This document shows positions 9,654 through 19,725 of a DNA stretch of 64,000 nt, in pieces. The DNA comes from a virus (lineage: Duplodnaviria > Caudoviricetes): the IMG/VR virus record IMGVR_UViG_3300011008_000028. One strand, written 5' to 3'. The position numbers were made by a program, and so were the translations under genes. Numbering within the stretch: position 1 is the first letter of the stretch; each line of letters starts with the position of its first letter. The notes below the pieces were generated by a model that was not told where the DNA came from, did not search any database, and saw only the letters and a list, made by a program, of their open reading frames with translations.

Positions 9654-10328
9654 TTAATCATCGACCCAAGCTTCATGGAGAAGCTTGTCTAAATCATCAT
9701 GTTTCCCAGGTGTTATACCGAGTTCATCCAGTTTCTTCAGCTTGTCTCGTTTACTCATTATTTTTAATAGATATGCCCTGCCTTCAACCGAAGTCTCATA
9801 TGCTTTATATTGATCTATGGCAGCCGACTTGGCAAACTTGACTGCTTTATTATGGATCTCTTTCCGGTCAATATAGATTGCACCGACTTTGCCCTTTTCA
9901 AATAACTGATTTAGATCGATGCAATCAAGCTTATATGTTTCCTTCACATATTTCACAATGCAATCGATATAAGCGTTCTCTGACTTATCACATATAAGAC
10001 ATACATCGAAATGTCGTAATACAGGATTTACAATACATTGATATACCGTAGTGGCCATATCTGTGACCATTCCTTTGGGCAGGTTTCTTGTATCCGTCAG
10101 ACGATCTTTATACATTTTATATAGGACAGCAGGATCGCCAGAGTTTACAAATGCATCAATCATCTCAGGCAATGGATATAACTCACTACCATGGTTGACA
10201 TTGCTTTGGGTACCGGTAGATTTCACCTTTGCAGATACGATTAGATACTGAATAGAGATCAATTCTTTCAATGTAAAATAATCGATCATATATCCAAGAT
10301 AATTCTGATAATCAATTCTATATAACAT
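9654..10328 (-). CDS. hypothetical protein (weak DUF488-like pattern)
   Basis: 224 aa; LYP..EM...YKDRL...CLIC..E pattern. Confidence 0.55.
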   Translation of the reverse strand: MLYRIDYQNYLGYMIDYFTLKELISIQYLIVSAKVKSTGTQSNVNHGSELYPLPEMIDAFVNSGDPAVLYKMYKDRLTDTRNLPKGMVTDMATTVYQCIVNPVLRHFDVCLICDKSENAYIDCIVKYVKETYKLDCIDLNQLFEKGKVGAIYIDRKEIHNKAVKFAKSAAIDQYKAYETSVEGRAYLLKIMSKRDKLKKLDELGITPGKHDDLDKLLHEAWVDD

Positions 10329-10346
10329 AGATTCACCTCAGATATT

Positions 10347-10376
10347 AATGACCGGGAGGATGTCCTCCCGGTCATT
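10347..10376. terminator. palindromic hairpin
   Basis: AATGACCGGGAGGA-tg-TCCTCCCGGTCATT. Confidence 0.65.
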
Positions 10377-10381
10377 GGTTC

Positions 10382-13066
10382 TTAGTTGAATTTTCTGTGA
10401 ATGGGTTCCATTACACCGAGTTCCTCAGATTCTTCCGGTTCCTCTACAGGTTCCTCAGCAGGTTCTCCGCCGTTTTCGTCTTCATCATCTTCGATGTAAC
10501 CAGCGAGAACCATCTTCGCATACTTCTCATCTCTGAAAAGATCCTGACTGTTCAGAGCTCTGGTGTAGTAAGAAACAGGACCATTACCGATCTCGCTCTT
10601 GAAGAGGATATCCAGACGCTTCAGTGTTTCAGCATCATTGTTAACAATCGTATTGCCGTTCTCATCAACGACAAATATTCCCTTCACTGCATACATACCG
10701 ACAACCGTGTGGCCGTTGTAATCAGGATCGAGAATAACGAACTTGACTGTGTCATCATACTCGTCATCGTTGTTAAGTTCCAGCCAGGAATCGGGATCAT
10801 CGGTTGTGAACATCATATCCGGGGTAGTATGGATGAGCCAATCCCAATTGCCGTTGCGAGGATCCGCCAGAGACGGAATGGTTTCTGTAGAATCAATATC
10901 AGCGAGCTTCTTGTAGAAGGGGATCTCGATGTTGCCCCAGGAATCTGACAGCTTCAGACGGATCACATCATAATTCTCATTGGGATAGATTACAACCTCG
11001 AGATCATTCAGGGCATCTACTTCGTCCTCATCATCTGTGAGATATTCCATCTCTTCAGGTACGGGAGCCGACGGGCCGTCGATCTTGCTCAGAACATCTC
11101 CGGAAAATGCAAGCATTTCATCATCAGATTCGAATGATTCCTCTGCCGGCGTCTCCGGAACAGTTAACTCTTCCTTGCCCTTGTCCGTAAGTGAAAGCAT
11201 ACCGTCATCATTGTTGATGAGTCCTTTGTCCTCAAGCTTCTCAACAACGTCCTCGATCTTCTTCTCGAATACCATAAGAGGTGTGCACCAGATCTGAGCA
11301 ATGATGTCCTTAACATACTCAATGCCGTCCGGGTCGATATTGAGCTTGCCGTTCTTCATATTTCTGGCAAATAAGTCAAGCCAGTCTCTCTGGAGGCCGA
11401 GGTAATCAGAGTTCTCCTCGCGGTAAAGTGCCATACCCGCAGCGGCGCCATCATTATTATCATTATACCTTTTTGCATTGAACCATCTTTCCATGAATAT
11501 CATGGAAGGTTCAGCATCGCTGCCTTCGAACTTCTTGCAAACCCATTCAGTATGTTTGTCATCCGTCTTAATCGGTCTCATCCTCAGCCATTTGGTGAAA
11601 GCGTGATATACAGCGGATTGTACTTCAGTGTAGAAGAGACCGTTGATGACCTGCTTCCCCGCAGCGATATACTGCTCCTTCACCTCGGTAAAGAGATCCA
11701 TATCATACAGCGACTGCTGGATCTTGCTCGCCAGTTTCGTCAAGCAGCGATTGAAATCTGCTTTGAAACTCTCTTTCGGATGCCAACCCGATCCCTCAGT
11801 TTCTTCAACGACTTCTTCCTTCGGTGCTTCAGTCGTTATGATTTCCTCCGCCGCTTCTTCTGTGGTATCAAGTGTTCCTTCTTCTCCTACGGGTACCTCG
11901 ATGCCCTCCATGGGTTCTCCAGTTCCAGCAGCTTCTTCTGTCTTGGAGAACTGAACACCCGGAACATCCGGCGTTGTCTCATCAGGTACAACATTTGCTT
12001 CGACCAGCGGAATAGGCTGTTCATATGTTTTCTTGTTCTCAGTAATGATCGGAACTGCCACAGCTTCGATCACAGGGGTATCCCCAATATTTCCCGAGAA
12101 CGCAACACCTTCGTCGGTGCCTGCAGTGTTGTTCGGATAAATATTCATTCCATCTGCCAGAATAGCAATTGCATTGATTGTCGTCATGTCGACTTCCTCC
12201 TTCTTAAATACGAAATTATCAAATGGGATTTCTTCTTCATTTGATTTTTCTTTGACCGGTTTTGATTTCATCTTGAGCCTACGGAGATAATTACTTCGGT
12301 CTGGGGTTAACTCCGTGAGAATTTTGCTTTCGGATATCTTATATGCCTCTTCGGATAGATCTCCTATCTCTCGTTCATGTACAGCATTGGACATTCTTCC
12401 TCGAATATCCTCAAAGTTGTACTTATGCCCACACGCTGGATTTGGACATACCAGCTGAGTATAATCAGCATTTGGTATTAACATCGAATTGGTGTTACAC
12501 TCCCCACATATGAACAGCTCGGACTTTGCATCATAGATATATGCAAAGTCCAAACATACGGGATCATCTTCGGCACCGATTCGTGTCCCCCAGTTGGCAT
12601 AGTTCTTCGCGTCGATTCCAACATCACCGATTAGATACACTTGAGAAATCTTCCTTAGCTTCTCTTTGATACGTTCTTGATGTTTAATCATCTCTCCGAA
12701 ACTCTGGAATGGCTGAATATATTCAGCAACCAACAAAGTTCCATTCTCGGAGACTTCGTATATCTTGGTGACGTCAGGATATAGTCGCTTTGCCATCTTC
12801 ATCTCTTTGAGATTATCGATCTTTCCGTCATTGTCGGTCGCGACTTTGACCACGAATCCATTCATCTTGAATGCATACCGATTCGTTCCAGAACCGAGCT
12901 GTGTGATATTCTCTATGTTGGCATTCCGCAGAAGCTTCAATAACTCTTCTTGCTTGGTCTTATTAAGTATATCACGTCGTCTGGATAATAATTCAATCTG
13001 TACACGCAAGTCAAATGGAAACTGTTCAAGTATCATTGACCGTAATACCTTTTGCATGGTTGACAT
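10382..13066 (-). CDS. protein kinase-like domain + Zn ribbon + long acidic region
   Basis: LGSGTNR (Gly loop), VVKVA, NLKE, GDVG..NWG, CLDFA; CGEC..CPNPAC; very acidic C-terminal 600 aa. Confidence 0.75.
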   Translation of the reverse strand: MSTMQKVLRSMILEQFPFDLRVQIELLSRRRDILNKTKQEELLKLLRNANIENITQLGSGTNRYAFKMNGFVVKVATDNDGKIDNLKEMKMAKRLYPDVTKIYEVSENGTLLVAEYIQPFQSFGEMIKHQERIKEKLRKISQVYLIGDVGIDAKNYANWGTRIGAEDDPVCLDFAYIYDAKSELFICGECNTNSMLIPNADYTQLVCPNPACGHKYNFEDIRGRMSNAVHEREIGDLSEEAYKISESKILTELTPDRSNYLRRLKMKSKPVKEKSNEEEIPFDNFVFKKEEVDMTTINAIAILADGMNIYPNNTAGTDEGVAFSGNIGDTPVIEAVAVPIITENKKTYEQPIPLVEANVVPDETTPDVPGVQFSKTEEAAGTGEPMEGIEVPVGEEGTLDTTEEAAEEIITTEAPKEEVVEETEGSGWHPKESFKADFNRCLTKLASKIQQSLYDMDLFTEVKEQYIAAGKQVINGLFYTEVQSAVYHAFTKWLRMRPIKTDDKHTEWVCKKFEGSDAEPSMIFMERWFNAKRYNDNNDGAAAGMALYREENSDYLGLQRDWLDLFARNMKNGKLNIDPDGIEYVKDIIAQIWCTPLMVFEKKIEDVVEKLEDKGLINNDDGMLSLTDKGKEELTVPETPAEESFESDDEMLAFSGDVLSKIDGPSAPVPEEMEYLTDDEDEVDALNDLEVVIYPNENYDVIRLKLSDSWGNIEIPFYKKLADIDSTETIPSLADPRNGNWDWLIHTTPDMMFTTDDPDSWLELNNDDEYDDTVKFVILDPDYNGHTVVGMYAVKGIFVVDENGNTIVNNDAETLKRLDILFKSEIGNGPVSYYTRALNSQDLFRDEKYAKMVLAGYIEDDEDENGGEPAEEPVEEPEESEELGVMEPIHRKFN

Positions 13067-13100
13067 CCTCCTTCCCTACTATTATAATATATCATCTGAA

Positions 13101-13634
13101 TCAGAAGTCCTCCGGTCGCAATCTGGCAAACACCACCAACTCATCAATATCAATGTCAAGCAGCCATGGACTGGTCTGCTCATACAGCGATTGTTTGATT
13201 GCGTCTTGTAAATGCAACACAGCAAAAGCTCGTTGATATTTTTCTTTCAGGAATTCGATACTGGCAGAAAGTGCTTGATATTTGATTCTGGACCCCAACA
13301 GTTGGTGTGCCTCTGAAGTAACCAGACTGTGTTCATTCTGTGTCATGGGCACGACAATCGTTGTCGACTTATTGTGGTTATCAGGATCCCGTATTGTGAG
13401 CGGAATAGGGATTATTTCGTCGAAATGATTCTCCTCCAGGATCTTCGTGATATTATCGAATCGATTTGTCATGGTACGAATCTTGAAATTCTTACATTTA
13501 TGGAAATCCATATATGCTTTGACAAGATACTCATCATCACTCCATGCCTGAATGCTTGGCTCAATACCCTCTCTTTTACTCTTACGCACAACGAAATACA
13601 TAGTCATTCGTTCATCGGCGTCATATGTCTTCAT
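13101..13634 (-). CDS. hypothetical protein (paralog of 13635..14291)
   Basis: N-terminus MYFVVRK..IQAWSDD..LVKAYMDFH parallels the neighbouring gene. Confidence 0.7.
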   Translation of the reverse strand: MKTYDADERMTMYFVVRKSKREGIEPSIQAWSDDEYLVKAYMDFHKCKNFKIRTMTNRFDNITKILEENHFDEIIPIPLTIRDPDNHNKSTTIVVPMTQNEHSLVTSEAHQLLGSRIKYQALSASIEFLKEKYQRAFAVLHLQDAIKQSLYEQTSPWLLDIDIDELVVFARLRPEDF

Positions 13635-14291
13635 TTATAGCTCCTCCTTTAATACAATAACGAATGACTCCAATGTCAGAATCATCTTTGAATACTCATC
13701 TCGTAAAGAATCTAATCCGGCTGGATACCGATTCTCACTACGGCCTGATTTGTATTCTTCAATCATCTTCTCCGTATAGGCGTTCTCGACGGCATCAACG
13801 ATACCTTCGATGGATGTTTCATCGGCATCTCCTACCCAGTCGTCTCGATCATACAGTGCTTCAACCTCTGGTGGACGGAACCCAAGATAATCCAATGCAT
13901 ATGCATACTTGTCCTTGAGGTGAATGAATAAGTTGATTACTTCAGGTCTGCCTTCAGCTCGTTCAATGAGCTTAGGCAGTTCTCTGAAGTATCGTTGGAT
14001 ATTCACTTCTGTTTCTTTCATTTCATCTGCAGTGCTGAAGAATGCAATTGGTTCAGAAGAATGGACAGAGTCAATCATATATCGATCAATCTGGTTACTG
14101 ATATCCATTCCTGAATCACTGAAATATCTTGCCAAATCTTCAGATGTCATCTTGACCATCCTGTATTTTCCTCGGGTTCGTTGTTTCATGAATGCTTTTC
14201 CAATTTCCTTTATTTCACACCAGCCGTACACATGATTCCGTTTGGGTTCATCTTTGTATACACGAAATATTACGTAGATTCGTTCATCCAC
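13635..14291 (-). CDS. hypothetical protein
   Basis: 218 aa, abuts both neighbours; IYVIFRV..VYGWCE..IGKAFMKQR. Confidence 0.7.
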   Translation of the reverse strand: MDERIYVIFRVYKDEPKRNHVYGWCEIKEIGKAFMKQRTRGKYRMVKMTSEDLARYFSDSGMDISNQIDRYMIDSVHSSEPIAFFSTADEMKETEVNIQRYFRELPKLIERAEGRPEVINLFIHLKDKYAYALDYLGFRPPEVEALYDRDDWVGDADETSIEGIVDAVENAYTEKMIEEYKSGRSENRYPAGLDSLRDEYSKMILTLESFVIVLKEEL

Positions 14292-15010
14292 AGATTACTC
14301 ATCTCCCTTTGGACGATTTGCACAAACGGTATTAGAATATTCCTGTAATTGTATTCCGGATTAATTACAGCCGACATGTTGTTGAATTCCAGATAGTATT
14401 CTTCATCAAGATCATTTCCCTTGTATTTCATAATGAAGTTAATCAAATACCTTCTTACCGTAACATCTCGACTTTCAATTCGAGATATCATCGTTGATAA
14501 GAATTCCAACATTGTCAATCTATGTCTGTTGAGACCGATATCTCCTATACCCTTCACGTCCAATTTATCTTTTGAATAATATATCTCCACATTGTGAATG
14601 TTAGGGAAGTGAATATATGAGCTATACCTATTCTTCTCGACGAATACTACCTGACCAAACTTGAGCCGTTTACATGGGGCGAATGTAAATATCGCATCCT
14701 TCTTTACGGAGATCATCTTTTCCGATGTCAACCCATTTGCCTGTATGAAAACATCTCTCACTTCGGCAAACTTGTCAAGAAACTTTTCCGCAAACACCTT
14801 ATCATCTCGCTGTAAGATTCCTATTGCTTTATGGCGTTCAAATCCCTTCTCGAGGAGTTCAAGCTCTTTAATCTTCTGCAAAGGTAGTAATCGGAATTCT
14901 TTGATTATACTGAAACCAGCATCTCGGATATCATACTCAATGATCTCTTCATTGAATAGGTAATCGATTTCTGGGTTGGTCCAGGTTGTCATTTGTGGTC
15001 TGTAATCCAT
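14270..15010 (-). CDS. family B DNA polymerase-like palm fragment (split jumbo phage type)
   Basis: IIEYDIRDAGFS (motif A-like), IGILQR, SVKKDAIF (motif C-like); only 246 aa. Confidence 0.6.
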   Translation of the reverse strand: MDYRPQMTTWTNPEIDYLFNEEIIEYDIRDAGFSIIKEFRLLPLQKIKELELLEKGFERHKAIGILQRDDKVFAEKFLDKFAEVRDVFIQANGLTSEKMISVKKDAIFTFAPCKRLKFGQVVFVEKNRYSSYIHFPNIHNVEIYYSKDKLDVKGIGDIGLNRHRLTMLEFLSTMISRIESRDVTVRRYLINFIMKYKGNDLDEEYYLEFNNMSAVINPEYNYRNILIPFVQIVQREMSNLWMNEST

Positions 15011-16361
15011 CTTTAACCTCCTTTACATATTTACCGTATATATTCATAACATATCCCTTCTGGGACGTAATATACCGGTTAAGATATTTTGCAACTTTAA
15101 TAAGAATCTGAGGATCCCGAACCTTTACCAATGTCTCAATCCTTTTATCAATCTTATGAGTTACAAGATCCAACGAGCCAATGTAAATATCCGGGTTCTT
15201 CTTCCCAAAGCAGTATACCCTGGAGTGTTCCAGTTTGTCCCACACAATGGACTTTATATGGACATTCATAAACATATTCCAGTCTGGGAGCCACGTGCAT
15301 ACCCCACGAATGATAAGATCCATAGTGCATCCTTTTGATGCGGCCTTATACAGAGCTTCAATGATTTCATTATCATCAAGAGCATTGCATTTGAAACAGA
15401 TATAGCCATCGGCATGAGACTGACTTTTTATCAGCTTCAGCAATGCCTTTCGAGCATTGTATCTGGTAACAAGGAAGTTTGAATTGAACACCGTATCTTT
15501 TATCCGTTTTCCTTTTAAGATCGAGAATACTTTGTCGACCTGATGACATATAGAATCATCTGCAGTAACTAAAGAAAGATCAGTGTATTGGGTCGTGGTC
15601 TTGGTGTGGTAATTTCCAGTACCAATCTGAGCAACAGATTTCCCATTGATGAATTTCACCAATGTAAGTTTGCAATGGACTTTCAGTCGCTCATATCCGT
15701 ATGCTGTAACACTGCATCCGATGCTCTCAAACTTCTGCATCCACTCGTAGTTGATATCTTCACCGGATGCACACAGCTCGATGTTAACATGAACTTTGAC
15801 ACCGCGTTCTACAGCGTTATTTATGATATCGAATATTGCTGGGTCCTTGCCTATCCGATACAGACATAGTTTGATCTCTGTAACGTCCTTGTTATTGGCT
15901 GCTTCTTCCAGGAATGACAAATAATCTCTGAAAGAATCCAGTGGATATTCGATTAGTTGATCTCTCATAAAGATATCGAAATAGCGGCTAGGACGGAACC
16001 ACTGTTGTTCTTCCTTCTTCACAGGTAAGTACTTCTCTACTATAGAAATCATAGAGGAAATATCCGAACATCCGGAAATATCTATGTTATAGAACTTATT
16101 CAGATCTTCTGTTATGAATTTCAAATTTTCCATGACTTGATCACAATCATTAGAGTAATCATCAATCACCATGCTAACATCGTACTTTGAGATCATCTCT
16201 TCAGTATTTGATATGAAGACCATATTGAAGAATAACGCTTCTTTGATTTTCTCCAGGGACAGCATATCCGGTGAGGCTATATAATGACCTTGTGCCAGCA
16301 CACGTTCATTGAACATCATCAATGATTGTATCATTGGGATTTGTTTAATTAATTTTTGCAT
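14949..16361 (-). CDS. ppk1: polyphosphate kinase 1, shortened
   Basis: FNERVL, LYR, IEL, KVHCK, GTGNY...YTDLSL, KCNAL, DLIIRGVC, LEHSR, GSLD...KRIE; 470 aa versus ~690 aa typical. Confidence 0.85.
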   Translation of the reverse strand: MQKLIKQIPMIQSLMMFNERVLAQGHYIASPDMLSLEKIKEALFFNMVFISNTEEMISKYDVSMVIDDYSNDCDQVMENLKFITEDLNKFYNIDISGCSDISSMISIVEKYLPVKKEEQQWFRPSRYFDIFMRDQLIEYPLDSFRDYLSFLEEAANNKDVTEIKLCLYRIGKDPAIFDIINNAVERGVKVHVNIELCASGEDINYEWMQKFESIGCSVTAYGYERLKVHCKLTLVKFINGKSVAQIGTGNYHTKTTTQYTDLSLVTADDSICHQVDKVFSILKGKRIKDTVFNSNFLVTRYNARKALLKLIKSQSHADGYICFKCNALDDNEIIEALYKAASKGCTMDLIIRGVCTWLPDWNMFMNVHIKSIVWDKLEHSRVYCFGKKNPDIYIGSLDLVTHKIDKRIETLVKVRDPQILIKVAKYLNRYITSQKGYVMNIYGKYVKEVKDGLQTTNDNLDQPRNRLPIQ

Positions 16362-16414
16362 CTTTAATACCTCCTTCTATATATTGATAATATATATTCA
16401 AAAAGAAAGGGACA

Positions 16415-16444
16415 GTGGTACCCTGGGATATCCCAGGGTACCAC
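16415..16444. terminator. perfect 30-nt palindrome
   Basis: GTGGTACCCTGGGATATCCCAGGGTACCAC. Confidence 0.7.
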
Positions 16445-16450
16445 ATACAT

Positions 16451-16918
16451 TTACTTTCGGTCTTTGAGATCTTCGATCTCCATATTCAAGTCGCCGATCT
16501 GCTTCCGGAAAACCTCAATTGCACCTTTCTGTGCATTGACAGTCGCAATGCAGTTATTCAAGGCATTCCCGTAATTATTGAACTGAGCTGTGAGCTCCTG
16601 CTTAAGCATTCCATCATACAACATGATTGCATGATGTGCAGAATTACTCATACATGTTGCAAGAAGTTCAACCAGGGTTTTCGTGGTATCTTCCGGAAGA
16701 GATTCCGCAATCTTGGCGAAGGACTTGGTAACGATATCTGAACTCAGAATGTTCACAACCGTCTCGACTATTGCATCATATATAATGTAACCGGGTTCTT
16801 TCAGTTCCTCTTCTGGAGTAGAAACACCCTCTTTGACATCATCTGAGTTCATCGCTGCATGTTTGAGTTCTTCACGAAGATGATTCAGTTCCTTCACGCT
16901 GTCGTTTAAGTTGCTCAT
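16451..16918 (-). CDS. hypothetical coiled-coil protein
   Basis: ATG 16918 after AAGGAG; overlaps the end of the beta'-C gene. Confidence 0.65.
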   Translation of the reverse strand: MSNLNDSVKELNHLREELKHAAMNSDDVKEGVSTPEEELKEPGYIIYDAIVETVVNILSSDIVTKSFAKIAESLPEDTTKTLVELLATCMSNSAHHAIMLYDGMLKQELTAQFNNYGNALNNCIATVNAQKGAIEVFRKQIGDLNMEIEDLKDRK

Positions 16919-19052
16919 CTTTACGTTGTCTCCTTTCACGTACCAACTTTGCATATTTCTTGAAGTTCTCCGTACTTACCTTATCTGAGTACAATGGGTC
17001 AAGATATGAAGATCCCTTCTTCTCCTCATACAGAGCATCAGAAAGAATCTGTCTCTTAAGCTCCTGATATGAGAAGGGAACGGTAGGAGCTTCGCTATTC
17101 ATCAAGGCCTGATTAAGAGTAAGAATCTTATATTCCGGCATCTTGAACTGTGTAAAGTCAGGACGCTTGTATAAATTATTTGCATCACGGATAAGACGGT
17201 TCAGAATGATTTCTGCCTGGACATGTCTACATCTAATTCCTGCAGCAATTAACTTCTCGAAAAACTCCTGAGCAAATTGATTCAGATCATCATACTTTGC
17301 GGCATTCTTATTCATCATATCCATGATCATATACAGATTATCTGTTAGGCCGTTATTCTTGATTCCGACAGACATAAGCCTACCTTCAAGATCCGTGCTT
17401 AGTACATCAAACGGGATTTCATAGTACCGTTTGCCGCCTTCAGACTTCTTGTCTGCTACCGTCTTGAAGAACTTCATGGAATTCGAGTCGATGAACATTG
17501 ATTCATAGTTAATGATTTCGATCGCTGTGTATTCTTTGGTCCTGCTGTTATATACATAGATCGGGCTCTCAATGTTGTTGCCGAAGGTATTGAACTCGGC
17601 CATGTCCTGCTGGTTTACGGGAACGACGTTAGACTCCTCGATCCTTACAGACAGATGACCTGTATCGATTGATTCATCCCATTCATCTTTGTCCTTCAGA
17701 TATATATCGGCGGAATCGAATCTGAAGTACTGATCAAATGTCTGGGAGAAAGATACACGCTCTGCAGATGTGAAGAGCAGATGCTTTGTGGACAGGATGT
17801 TCTGAGACACTGGTTCGGAGTATACTTCAGTATTGAATATGGCCATACCTGGCATATTCTCAACGAGGTGAGCATCCCTACCATAGCACATGTAGCATAC
17901 TTCATTATTTTTGCAGGCACATGTAAGGAGGCTTCTGTACCAGATTGTCTTTCCAATCAGGTGTTTGCAATCATCATAATGTAGCAGTTTAAGCTCACCA
18001 AACTCGCTCTCGGCATACCAACGATTCTCCAATCGACGGAGAAAATCATTGTCTGTCACGAATACCTTCGTGAGATGTTTTGTTCCACAGTCAAACACCG
18101 TTCTGGACAGTGTTAGTGTTCTGGCTTCAAGTATCAGGTTACGAGAGAGGTATCCTGCTTCGCCCATGTGGGCAGTATTCATGATCGCACTCATGCGGGC
18201 GCCTGTAGCTCCAATGTAATATCCTGCAGGTTCGGAGTAACCAGTGGAAAATCCGTTTCCTTGCATTGTATATGGTATTACGTTGCCAGATACATCCGGA
18301 ATCTGCCCATATGATATGAACAGCTCCTGAACCTGTTTCATCTTTATATATGAACCTGCTTTGGATACATACCATATCGGGTTCTTAGTGCGGCCGAGTT
18401 CGGCAATCAGTTCCTTGGTCTTTTCACTCAGAAGCTTTTCGACGTCCGCTGTTTGTAGCGTCTGCGGTACAACTAAGTTATTCAGTTCCCTGATCTTTTC
18501 CGATGTACGGTAATCATTCAGAAATATAGATTCCAGTGTCATGATACATGACTTGTTGATCATCGAGAATTCAATCGATGCTTCCTGGTATCTTTCAATT
18601 ACTGTCTTAAGGAGTTCCGAAATCCTCTCGAATGAAATACCATAGTCCTGAAGAACCTTCAACACCTTGGATTCCAAACCCATACGCAGACTATCTGATA
18701 TCATAATACCAATGATGAATGATTCATCCAGAACCTTAATCTTGTTACGATAGTACTTCTGAAGCTTATTGATCTCGATGAGAGGTCTCCATGCATTTAG
18801 ATTCATCAAGAACTTTGGCATTGATAGAGCAAACACCTGTTCATCATCAACATAGAACTTGAATCGAATCTTAAATGACATACACGCCGGTATCTCTGCA
18901 CAGGCACAAATTGCATAGTATACCTTGTAGTATAGCTCATCAAATGATTCATAATCATTGCATGTTGATAATACTATGACATCTGGGAATTCCCTTTCGC
19001 AGTCTTTCACAGTTCTGATGGTGGGCAAAACATAAACATCAGACATGGTCAT
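16872..19052 (-). CDS. RNA polymerase beta' C-terminal subunit (probably non-virion RNAP, phiKZ gp74-like)
   Basis: AGYLSRNL (bridge helix), DCGT, RSLLTC..VCYMCYG, SEPVSQNILSTKH (trigger loop); 726 aa. Confidence 0.85.
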   Translation of the reverse strand: MTMSDVYVLPTIRTVKDCEREFPDVIVLSTCNDYESFDELYYKVYYAICACAEIPACMSFKIRFKFYVDDEQVFALSMPKFLMNLNAWRPLIEINKLQKYYRNKIKVLDESFIIGIMISDSLRMGLESKVLKVLQDYGISFERISELLKTVIERYQEASIEFSMINKSCIMTLESIFLNDYRTSEKIRELNNLVVPQTLQTADVEKLLSEKTKELIAELGRTKNPIWYVSKAGSYIKMKQVQELFISYGQIPDVSGNVIPYTMQGNGFSTGYSEPAGYYIGATGARMSAIMNTAHMGEAGYLSRNLILEARTLTLSRTVFDCGTKHLTKVFVTDNDFLRRLENRWYAESEFGELKLLHYDDCKHLIGKTIWYRSLLTCACKNNEVCYMCYGRDAHLVENMPGMAIFNTEVYSEPVSQNILSTKHLLFTSAERVSFSQTFDQYFRFDSADIYLKDKDEWDESIDTGHLSVRIEESNVVPVNQQDMAEFNTFGNNIESPIYVYNSRTKEYTAIEIINYESMFIDSNSMKFFKTVADKKSEGGKRYYEIPFDVLSTDLEGRLMSVGIKNNGLTDNLYMIMDMMNKNAAKYDDLNQFAQEFFEKLIAAGIRCRHVQAEIILNRLIRDANNLYKRPDFTQFKMPEYKILTLNQALMNSEAPTVPFSYQELKRQILSDALYEEKKGSSYLDPLYSDKVSTENFKKYAKLVRERRQRKDEQLKRQREGTESSS

Positions 19053-19170
19053 CTTCCTCCTTAATCGTGTAATAATTCTTCCTCATATATACATTCCTCC
19101 TTCAATATCTCCGATACTGAATGTAAAATCATGTTGTATCCATTTCTAAAATATATCTATGAAGAATGGA

Positions 19171-19206
19171 CATATTGGTCCCGGGGAATTCCCCGGGACC
19201 AATATG
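19171..19206. terminator. perfect 36-nt palindrome
   Basis: CATATTGGTCCCGGGGAATTCCCCGGGACCAATATG. Confidence 0.7.
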
Positions 19207-19238
19207 CTACGAAAAGGTTCAAGATGAGCCGAATGGTG

Positions 19239-19682
19239 TCACTTCTTATCAGTCGAGGTTGTAACGGATATTGTTTCATCCGTCTTCTTTTCCTCTTCCT
19301 TCTTTTCTTCCTTTTTCTCCTCTACCTTAGGAGTCTCCATCTTGGGAGGTTCCCAGGTCTTTGCCTTCGAGGGCTGAGGCTGAGGATTTGCTTTAACGGG
19401 CTGAGATGCCTGTTTGTCAACAGGAGCATCCTTCTTGGCTTCTACCTTCGGAACAGGAGCAGCTGCCTTCTCTGTGCCGAATGTTTCCCAGAGCTTATTA
19501 AGATTCTTGCTTGTAATTGTTATAAACGAACCCGTCTTCTGGTTGAACATTCTCGGAATAAGTGTTCCGTGCTCAAGAATAAGTTCGATCGTCTTCTTAT
19601 CTGCCGGGAAAGGTTCCTTTTTCGGTGCTATTCCTTTTCCTCTAGGGATAAGTCCTACACCGAGTACCTGAATCATTAACAT
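19239..19682 (-). CDS. hypothetical protein with Pro/Lys/Glu-rich tail
   Basis: 147 aa, AAGGAG RBS. Confidence 0.65.
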   Translation of the reverse strand: MLMIQVLGVGLIPRGKGIAPKKEPFPADKKTIELILEHGTLIPRMFNQKTGSFITITSKNLNKLWETFGTEKAAAPVPKVEAKKDAPVDKQASQPVKANPQPQPSKAKTWEPPKMETPKVEEKKEEKKEEEKKTDETISVTTSTDKK

Positions 19683-19725
19683 CGTGATTCATCTCCTTTG
19701 TTTTAATGTTACATATATCGTTTAT

